Program-made: the position numbers and the translations under genes
Assembly: GCA_002418835.1 (NCBI GenBank)
Contig: DIEX01000026.1
Span: forward strand, 72,547-136,546
DNA: 64,000 bases
Reading direction: 5' to 3'
From: Spirochaetia bacterium UBA5763
GTDB taxonomy: Bacteria; Spirochaetota; UBA4802; UBA5550
The notes under the pieces: generated by a model
What the model was told of the DNA's origin: nothing
The model's input: the letters and a program-made list of their open reading frames with translations, nothing else
Database searches by the model: none
Part shown: positions 18,683 to 28,200 of the stretch, in pieces
How positions within the stretch are numbered: the stretch's first letter is position 1
Layout: each line of letters starts with the position of its first letter

Positions 18683-21625
18683 ATGTCAAAAAAACAGACC
18701 ACTCCAAAGAAAAAAACCGGCAAAGAAAAGGAAACTGTAATATCTGAAGTAACCATTGAACCGGTTTCTGAAACAACAGAACAACCGTCAGATCATCCCG
18801 CTGATAAACGCGAACTCACCAGGAAAGAAAAAAAACTTGAAGCTAATCTTAAACGTAAATCCCGTCCATTGCCTCTCCGGATACTGAAACAGATCGCAAA
18901 AACTCTCTTTATCAGGATACCTCTCACGCTTGTGGTGATAATTGCTGCTGTGCTTCTTTTTGCAGGGATATACCTTACACCTGGAACAGTTGAGAATCTT
19001 GCGAAGAGCACATTCAACGGTATGTCCAATGGTACACTTGAACTTAAGGTTGAAGAATTTAATTTATACAGCGGATTTGCAATAAACAATATTGTTGTGC
19101 GCAGTGGTGATGACTTCAGCAAAGAGAAACTCTTTGAAATGGAGAGAATTGTTTTCAGATACGGTTTTTTTAAGATATTCACGGGGAGCATAAGGTTCCC
19201 TGAGATCGGCCTGTATAAACCGAGGGTTTACCTTACAGAAAAAAACGGAGTCTGGAATGCAGCTACACTGATGAAACCCTCTGAGAAAAAGGAGGAACCG
19301 GAGAAAGAGGAGGAGAAGGAACCATCCGAACCTTCAACAGGGGATATTGAACTCCCCATAGCTGTTGACTTTCTTTTTAACTTTATTCTGGATGACCTCC
19401 GCGTTTATGTGCGGGGGAGCGATATGAAGGCTGACATGACAGGTCTCACCTTTAAAGCTCTAATTGACGTTCCTCCTTTTAAAACTATCCCCAGGTCAGT
19501 TGAAGCTGTGCGGATACTTAAAACCATGAAGTTTGAGCTTAACCCGGAAAAAAGCATGAATGTGAAGTTCTACTCCACTGCTGCTGCAACAGAACCTGAA
19601 CTTATACTTAACTGGATGCTCAATTTCAGCAACGGTGATACTCCGCAGTTCAGCAGCACGCTGAATGCCGGAGCGAAGAGGATGCCTCTGAGGCTTCAGA
19701 ACAAATTTCTCTCCCCTTTCAGTTTTCTTATAGCTTACGATATTTTTTATAATCCGATAAATGATATACTCAAAATAAATTCATTCTCTGTAAGTTTCCA
19801 GAACAGCAACTGGATCAGGCTTTCAGGGAGAGTCAGCAGCGTCACAAAAAACCAGGTGCTCGATATAAAGATGGATGAGAGCCGCATACCCCTTGGGGAT
19901 CTCTACCCCTACTATGTTATCATGACAGGGGACAGATCAATGAGATGGAGCGGAGAGGCTTCTCTTGCACCGCTGTCTGTACACGGCACAGCAAAGGCCC
20001 CTGAAGTTGAGGGAGCGATTAATCTCAGAAACCTGTTTTTTAAAAATCCCGGAATCGAGGCAAGGGTTCCCCTCCTCTCTCTTGCATACTTTATGAGGAT
20101 GTATGGAAGTTCAATGGATCTTGGAGCTGACCTTGCGGTTCCTCACCTCGCCTACACTATTGAAGGGAGCAAATCCGGTGACAATGGAGTGAAGTTCTCT
20201 GCCAGGGCATCAGGGATAAATAATTTTTCTCAGGTGAAGATAAACGGGGTTTCTTTCGATTTTTATAATCCTGCCGGAGGGGAGAAGGCAGTGTCTATGA
20301 ACCTCGGCGGCTTTGTCAATCTCGGGAAAGCCATGAGCGGAAATATCAATATCGATAAACTCCGGATCAACACTCACCCGCTCCCTGCGATGGTTCCCGG
20401 CCGTTTCAGAAAACAGGTTGCTGATATCCCTCTCAAAAAACCTGTTGATATTACAATAGGTACCGGATTCTCTCTCACCGGAAGCAAAACCTCCGCAACC
20501 CTTAACTTACTTGCAAAGATACCGGACTACGGAGTGAACGACCTGGCACTTGACGCATCAATAGAACAGGATGCCGATGCAAAAAGAGTCCGCATCAATA
20601 AAGTGAATCTCGGCAGTAAAAGCATGAACCTCCTCCTTGCAGCAAACGGAACTGTTGATCTGAAAAAAGCACCGTTATCCGACTCCGATCTCCGGGTTTC
20701 GCTGGAACTGAATAACCCTGCGCTGCGGAACATTTTCGGCCCATGGAAAACATCCGGTGTGATGAAACTTTCAGCGAGGATGAAAGGAGACCTGGATACA
20801 GGGAAAGCTTCAGGCAACCTTGTATTCAACAGATTTAATGTCCGGAATGACGATGAAATGCTCGCTCTTACGGATCTTGACATGAACTTCCCCTTTGAGT
20901 ATGAATTTAAAGCCCGAAAAGCAGGGAAATCATATATTGCTGTTACGCAGAAGCAGGTTATTGACAGCGAATATTTCAGTGAAAAAGCAAACTTCACAAT
21001 TAAATCTATAAGCGCCAAACACCCCGCAAGAAAAATTCCTTATGAATATATGAAAGGTTTCTCAGCCTATATGATATTCAGCGACAATGTATTCAGAATT
21101 TCAGACCTCAAAGCTTCGATCATGGATGGATCGATCTACGGCAGGTCTATCCTTTTTAACCTTGCGGACTTTAAGACTGAGAATATGGAGTTCAGCCTTA
21201 TCCTTGATGCTTCAAACATAAACATCGCGCGTCTCGATGATCCTGATCCGAAGAAGGGTGGGAAAAACGCGGAGCTTTCACTTAACGCCAACTTCTCCGG
21301 GAAAGGACTTGATATAAAAAAAGAACTCACCGCTTCCGGTTATATCAATATCTACAAAATCGGGGCTGACTTCGCGAACAGGCTCATGCGTGGACTTTCT
21401 GAAGAGCAGGGTAAATCGAAACTCGGTGCCCCTGTTCAATTTGCTGTGGACAACTCCATGCTGATCAAAGGCTTCGACTTCAGGCTTGATAAAGGCCTTG
21501 TGTATACTACGGTTACTTTCACAAGAAAAATGCTGAGTCTTTTTGTTACAGTTGATAACTCGCAGGTATCATTTGAACGGATACCTATACAGGAATATTT
21601 AAGAAAAGTTTCGGAGGCAAAATAA
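18683..21625 (+). CDS. Large inner-membrane-anchored AsmA-like / YdbH-like protein
   Basis: A charged N-terminus precedes a single TM segment (LTLVVIIAAVLLFAGIYL) and about 900 aa of beta-rich sequence. A YdbL-like gene follows immediately, with the junction reading TAATATG. Confidence 0.5.
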   Translation: MSKKQTTPKKKTGKEKETVISEVTIEPVSETTEQPSDHPADKRELTRKEKKLEANLKRKSRPLPLRILKQIAKTLFIRIPLTLVVIIAAVLLFAGIYLTPGTVENLAKSTFNGMSNGTLELKVEEFNLYSGFAINNIVVRSGDDFSKEKLFEMERIVFRYGFFKIFTGSIRFPEIGLYKPRVYLTEKNGVWNAATLMKPSEKKEEPEKEEEKEPSEPSTGDIELPIAVDFLFNFILDDLRVYVRGSDMKADMTGLTFKALIDVPPFKTIPRSVEAVRILKTMKFELNPEKSMNVKFYSTAAATEPELILNWMLNFSNGDTPQFSSTLNAGAKRMPLRLQNKFLSPFSFLIAYDIFYNPINDILKINSFSVSFQNSNWIRLSGRVSSVTKNQVLDIKMDESRIPLGDLYPYYVIMTGDRSMRWSGEASLAPLSVHGTAKAPEVEGAINLRNLFFKNPGIEARVPLLSLAYFMRMYGSSMDLGADLAVPHLAYTIEGSKSGDNGVKFSARASGINNFSQVKINGVSFDFYNPAGGEKAVSMNLGGFVNLGKAMSGNINIDKLRINTHPLPAMVPGRFRKQVADIPLKKPVDITIGTGFSLTGSKTSATLNLLAKIPDYGVNDLALDASIEQDADAKRVRINKVNLGSKSMNLLLAANGTVDLKKAPLSDSDLRVSLELNNPALRNIFGPWKTSGVMKLSARMKGDLDTGKASGNLVFNRFNVRNDDEMLALTDLDMNFPFEYEFKARKAGKSYIAVTQKQVIDSEYFSEKANFTIKSISAKHPARKIPYEYMKGFSAYMIFSDNVFRISDLKASIMDGSIYGRSILFNLADFKTENMEFSLILDASNINIARLDDPDPKKGGKNAELSLNANFSGKGLDIKKELTASGYINIYKIGADFANRLMRGLSEEQGKSKLGAPVQFAVDNSMLIKGFDFRLDKGLVYTTVTFTRKMLSLFVTVDNSQVSFERIPIQEYLRKVSEAK

Positions 21626-21626
21626 T

Positions 21627-22220
21627 ATGAAAAAACATCTCTTAGCAGTAATTATACTTTCACTGGCCTGCTATACCCTTTCAGGGTGCAAATCCACACC
21701 GAGCTGCCTTACTGTTGTTCCGCCGGAAATCAACCTCACCGGCGAGAAGACTGTTATTGAAAGACAGATTGTCGGAGACTACATGGAACTGGAAAAGGAC
21801 GCATGGACAGTCTCTTCTATACGCACAACTGTGGGTAAAACTGAAGGGGGTTCCCAGGGGAGCGGGGATCCGGAGATAATCAAATCTATTAAAGTCCAGG
21901 AATTCCACGCGGGTAAAATCAGGGAGTACAAAACTGAAGGTGCAATAGGCGAAACCTCAGCGGGATATGTGTCATATATTGAGTCCCCGCAATACGAATC
22001 ATCACCTGAACTGAAAAAAATTCTCCATACCGTTATTGATGAAGAGAATAAAGCGCGAAGAGATATATTCCTGAAGACCCTTGCAAAAAGCGGAGGTAAG
22101 GAACCTTCAAAAAGCGAAATAGATTCATTCGGAAAAATATTTTCAGAAGAGCAGAGGGCCCTTGCTCAGAAGGGTGACTGGGTTCAGGACAATTCAGGCA
22201 AGTGGACCAGGAAAAAATAG
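21627..22220 (+). CDS. Lipoprotein with a DUF1318/YdbL-like C-terminus, possibly a YnbE-like plus YdbL-like fusion
   Basis: The lipobox is LSGC. The C-terminus ARRDIFLKTLAKSGG..AQKGDWVQDNSGKWTRK matches my memory of the YdbL signature (G-W-x-Q..G-x-W-x-K). Confidence 0.55.
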   Translation: MKKHLLAVIILSLACYTLSGCKSTPSCLTVVPPEINLTGEKTVIERQIVGDYMELEKDAWTVSSIRTTVGKTEGGSQGSGDPEIIKSIKVQEFHAGKIREYKTEGAIGETSAGYVSYIESPQYESSPELKKILHTVIDEENKARRDIFLKTLAKSGGKEPSKSEIDSFGKIFSEEQRALAQKGDWVQDNSGKWTRKK

Positions 22221-22222
22221 TT

Positions 22223-25200
22223 ATGAACATGAAGATTCTCTTAAAATATATATTACCTCTCTCAATACTTTTGCAGGCTGCGGTTATCATCTCATGTGAT
22301 GATAAAAAAACTGCTGATGTACAATTCAGTTATCGCGGCATTATTGACAAGGAGTACAGGTTCAATGTGGGCCGAGTTATTCCTGTCACAATAAGCCAGT
22401 CCATTGAAACTGACGGGGACATTTCCGCTGACGGTAACTACTTCTTTTACTCTTCAAATATGGACGGAGGAAATTTCGACATATACCTGAGGCTAATGGG
22501 TGACATCACAACAGTACGCCTCACTGCTCACCCTTCAAAGGATACAAGCCCTGTTATATCCCCGGACGGCAGGAGAGTGGCCTTTGTCTCTTTCAGAGAC
22601 GACCCGGAAGGTGATATTTTTATTATTAAATTAAAACCTGAGGAACTGCTGAAGAGGGCCTCTTCCGGTGAGGAGATCCCCCCTCTTGACAACACAGCTG
22701 TAAACATTACTGCTGAGAAAAATCCTGACACAGGTGTTATCATCAACATAAAAGATTCAAATCCGTGCTGGAGCCCGGATGGCAAACTTCTCGCTTTCTC
22801 ATCATCAAAAGATGGAAACGGCAGCATCTGGCTTATGGAGAGAGACGGAAGCTCGAAAAGAAAAATTTCGCCAAAAGACGGATTTTACCCTGCATTCTCC
22901 CCTGACGGAAAGAAGATTGTATATACTTCATACAGCGATAATATTTACGGCGACATCTACTCTGTGGAAATTGCAGCAGGTAAATCTGAACGGCTCACAA
23001 CAGGTGATTCAATCAAACTCTACCCGTCATACAGCGGAGGGAGCGATAAAATAATATACTCCTCCATCGAAAATGATACCAATGGCAATGGGGAACTGGA
23101 CCTTCAGGACAGATCTGTCATAAGGCTATACGATCTGAAAGAGAAACTAAGTTATCCCCTTACAAAAAAATCGGATACATCATTCAAAGCAAAATGGCTC
23201 CCTGTATTGAATACAAGGGATTATAATGGTGTAATTATCTATACTGACATAACCGGTGAGAATATAAACCTCAACATCATCCCTGAACTGGGGATAATTC
23301 CGAAAAAACTTAATGCAAAACTTCAGTATGAACTCTGTGAAACATATATCTCTGAATATGACGATGAAGAGAGATATGCCATGGCGCTTGACGCAGTTTA
23401 TTCTTTCTATGGAAAGGCTGGCGATACGTCCTCCAGGGCTTATGTAAACCGATCATTAAAAGAGGGAGCTCTATACTATTTTTTGAAAAAAAACAACGCC
23501 GCAAGTTCTGAAAGCACTGCTCTTCTTAAAAAGAAGGCCGCAGGTAATGACCTCTATGCCGCATTTCTCATTGACCTCATCGAGAACCGGAGATCTCAGG
23601 CTGATGCTCTTATCCTGAAAATGAGTGAAGATAAAAACAACAGGTATTTCGCTCCATTCGCCATTGAGGATCTTGGTGATCTGGCCCTGCTTTCAGGAAA
23701 AAAGAATGAAGCAGCAGCACTCTACAAAGACCTGCTGAAAAAATTTCCTGATTTTGAAAGAGGAACTGATGTTCTGACTAAAATTTCATTAATCAGTGAT
23801 GACCTCCGCAAAGGAACACTTTCTGATGCAGCTGTTACAATTATAAACAAAGGGAACACGAACCAGAAAATATCTGTTACCTCAAATCTTATTAATCCTC
23901 TGGAGAAAACCCGGTTTTCATCCGCAGATGCATCGGAAGCTCTTCGCAACATAGGAAATTTAAAAAAGAAATTTTCCGAAGATAAAAAAATCATGGCAAT
24001 ACTGACACTGGCTTCCGGAATCATCAGTGACAGCGCAGGGAAAACTGATACCGCAAAAAATGATCTGGAAGAATCGATAAAACTCTCGCACCCCAATGAC
24101 CTGACATACTACACAGCCAACATCAGGCTCGCGGAGATGGAGAGACGGTCCGGCAGAAATGCCGAAGCTGAAAAATATTACGGCGCGGGTGTAAACCGTT
24201 ATTCACGAAGATTTAAAACAGAAAATTTCCGTGATAAACTTTTATGGATTATAAATTATTACGAACAGGCGGGTGAACGAAGCTCATCAAAAGGGGACTT
24301 TGCCGCTGCATCACAGATTTATGACAAGTATATCAATCTCATTACACTGATGCACAACAAACGGATCTACCCTGAAATCTATACTGAATACGCTCCACGC
24401 GCCCATGTACTTTACATAGACGCTTACACAGGATGGAAAGGTGAAGAGGGGATTAATGAACTTGAGAAGAGTTACAACTCAAAACTCCCTGTACTGAGGA
24501 TGGACTTTAACCGTGCAGCTCTCTACGGCCTTGCCTACATCTACACAAAAAAAGCAATGCTCATCGACTCCGATGCACAGGCTCTGATCTCAACTTTTTC
24601 CAGAGATAAAGTATTTGAAAACCTCTACCTTGCTGATAAACAGATCGAATGGGCCCTCTTTCTTGACGATACATTTATTGAACCATACCTGCTGAAGAGC
24701 TGGATATATCTTTTCATAGACCTTCAGAGAAAGGAGTACGGTGATGATATTGAATCATCAATCGGGAGTTATTTTCCAAAAAGGCTATGGGAAAAAAATA
24801 TACCATTACTTGATAAAGCGATCAATGCCAACAACGAAAAGCTCTATCCGGAGAACGAGGGTAACATCCACATTAATCTGGGGAACACTTACTTCCTCCT
24901 GGTTAACTATCCAAGGGCTCTGAACCATTACAACACTGCGCGTAAATTCAAGAAGACCTTCAGCTCCGACATAGAGAAAGCTCTCTTCCATTTTCATACA
25001 GGATACACACTCTGGCAGAATGGTGAAGTGAAAGAAGCGCGTGAGGAGATAACCAGGGCTTACGGCATATACAGCACACTTGCGGCAGGTTCATCCTCTA
25101 AATACAAAAACCAGATACTTGCCCTTTACAGATACTTCGCCCTTTTCAGCAGGTACGAGGAGAAATTCGCTGAAGCAATCAACTGGTACAAAAAAATTAT

Positions 25201-28200
25201 TAAACATGCTGAAGAAAATAAAATCGAAATTGATAAAGCCCGCTACATGCAGGAGATCGCCTTCTGCTTCAAGGAACTTGGAGACTACGATACAGCTAAA
25301 TCATACATAGATACCGCAGACCGGCTCCTTCGTGATTACCCGGATGATACAAAGAAATACTACCTCCGCATTAAACTCGTCGGGATAGGCCCCTTCCCTG
25401 TATTCAACATGGGGCCTGACACCGCAGTTATCGGAGACAATAAGATATTCTACCCCCTGGACAGATGGAACAAGCAACTCCTGAGCATTTCCATGCTTGA
25501 AGAACTCGCGGTGAAAAACAGCAACTATGCGGGCGCAATAGAATACCTGAAGAAAAAGATATCGCTCCTTGAGAAAAACAAAACATCCGTGGCCTATGAA
25601 ACAAGAATCAGGTCACTGAACAACCTCGGTTACTACTACTTCAGGTCAGGGAGCATTGCTGAAGCTGAAAAGAGATTCAGCGAAGCGGGTGAACTTGCAT
25701 CCGAAAAGAACAACCTCCAGGGGATATTCTCCTCAATGATGAATCTTGCGAACCTTTATGCCCTTATGATTGATGAAGGAAAAAATGAAGGTCACAACTG
25801 GCTCTCTGACACTGAAAAGTTTCTGTCTAAAATTGAAAAATACAGAAACAGCTATTTTGACATGCGATTCACACAGGACAAGAAGGCACTTGAAGCTGCT
25901 GCAGATGCAAAAAAAGCAGAAGTAACACCTGAACAGATTGCGGCATTAAAAAAGACCATTGAAAAACAGACAGCGGAAATATATTACTCCCTCGACATTT
26001 CAATTGCAATGATGAAGTTCTACAGAGCTGAACTCCTTTATTCATCTTCTGACGTTAAAAAAGGGGATAATCCCCATTATAATCTTTATACGCACAACAG
26101 GGATATATATAATCTCTACGCTGAAGCTCTCAGAATGTTTGAGGGAGCAATATCCGTTGCAGATAAACAGGGGAACAGGGAACTTAAAGTCAAACTCCTT
26201 GTGAATGCGGCGCACTGCTACGAAAAGATCAGCGAGTATGAAAAGGGATACGTTGCGCTCATAGATGCCAGAAACATATCCACGCAGTACAGGTTCGGGT
26301 GGACAGGGATAAACGCAGATTTTGCACTTGGGTCATATCTCGCTGATTACGGGAGAGAGGTTGAGAGCGGTGATTACAGGGCCCTTGTTGAAAGATATAT
26401 GTCAGCAGCAATATCCCATATAGAAGAACACCCGCTTCTCTACACCCCGCGCGCAGGGAAGATCAGAAAGATGTATAACAGGTACGCCGAATTTCTTGTT
26501 AATACAGGAAAAGGGGACCGCGGGTTCCATTTACAGGAAAGACTTAACCGTGTTGAACGGATAACATCTGTAAACTCAATAAACCCTGTATTCGGCGATG
26601 AATACCACAGAAACGCCTACTTCACTTATCTCTCTGAAATTGCAAAATTAGGGGAGATTAGGGACAGGAGATCAGCACTCCTTGTTTCAGGCGCTGCTGC
26701 CGCATCTCCGGAAGTTGAAGAGTTCAATAAAAAAGAGAAAGCTCAGGAGGAGAGACTTGCTAAACTCTTCCGTGAAATAGAAAATAAAAACAGCAGAATT
26801 GTTCCATACCTGGAACTCAGCGATGTTAAGCTGAAAACAGACCATGACATATATTCATTCATGGAAACCGGAAAAGGGATCTATTCATGGAAGCTCTCTG
26901 ATGGAAAGATAAGTTCAGGATACATGAAAGCTGATTCTGCAGATGCTCTGTCTTCCATGATAAACGAAGGCTCATCCAGGAGAGGAATTTTTATACTGCT
27001 GAATGACACATCCCTGAAACTTGTCAACAGGCACAGGGGTGGAATCACCGGGAACTTCTCTTTCATAAATACTATAGACAGGGCTGAAATTTTTTCAAAG
27101 GGAGCACCCCCTGCGGGTGATATTATCTCTTCAGTAAAGGGGATCGAAAGCCCCTCTGCTGATGTGAAAGTTGAATCCCCCTCAGAGGATCTTCACCTGT
27201 CGAGCTATGCTGTTATTGTTGATTCACCGGATAACGGAAGCCTTATAAGCAGGGAAAAACTCCTGTCTGAGAAGGGGATTTCACCCAGCTGCATAATTCT
27301 TGCAGGTGCTGCTGACGATGCCTCACGCCTCTCTCTGATGCTTGAAGCTGCACTCTATTCAGGGACAGGGAGTATCATCTATTCACTGAGTAATGACAGC
27401 AGAGACATATCATCTGTCATCAAAGCCCTTTACACCGGCAGCGGGATTATAGGTTCTAATCATATAAAAACCGGTTACATCAATGCACTCTCTTATGTAA
27501 AACCAGCTGACAATAAAAAAACCGCTGCATCTGAATTCGCGGCCTTCACCGGGGCAGTAAATAAAGCTGACTTTGATAGTGGTGCTGTTCACCTCGCAAG
27601 ATGGAGAGCAATGTCTCCTGATGAAAAGTTCAGGTATATGACTTCAGCATGGCTCCTGCATCTTCTTAAAGGGGACTACCCCTCTTCACTTAAAGCACTG
27701 GAGTCGTACAACCCGTCAAATGCCGACGAAGGGGCTTCGCTGGTATTCAGAAAGCTCTACACGCTTCTGCATAAAGGGGATTTTGCTGAAGCAGTTGTAC
27801 TCCGGAAAAAAATCACAGGGATTGAGAAATACCCTGATCTTGAATTTATCGATGCAATTTTTGACGCAGTGAACGGCCGTGATTCAGCGGCAGAAAAAAT
27901 TCTTAAAATAGCAAAACCGTATAATACGCTTATAACTGCTGAAAGATATATGATACTTGCTGCTGAATACATTTATCTTTATAATCCTGAGATGAGCGCA
28001 CGCGTGATGAACCTGGCCCCCATGAAGCAGCTCTCACTGAATGAAAGGATGATGAATTTTGTAATCACAGGGGATAAGCCCGATACAGGGATATCCCCCA
28101 GGGTTGACCGTATCGCCGCCCTGGGTGATTCAGGGAGTAAAGCCGCGGATGAGAGCATGAAACTTATAAAGTCCGGCGATCACTTCGACGCCCTCTCCGC

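Noticed and set aside
22202-22222. Upstream start (22202) for the giant lipoprotein, as given in the ORF track
   Set aside because: That start would overlap the preceding gene by 19 nt and add MDQEKIV before the signal peptide. The ATG at 22223, directly after the upstream stop, gives a normal lipoprotein signal. Either start remains possible.
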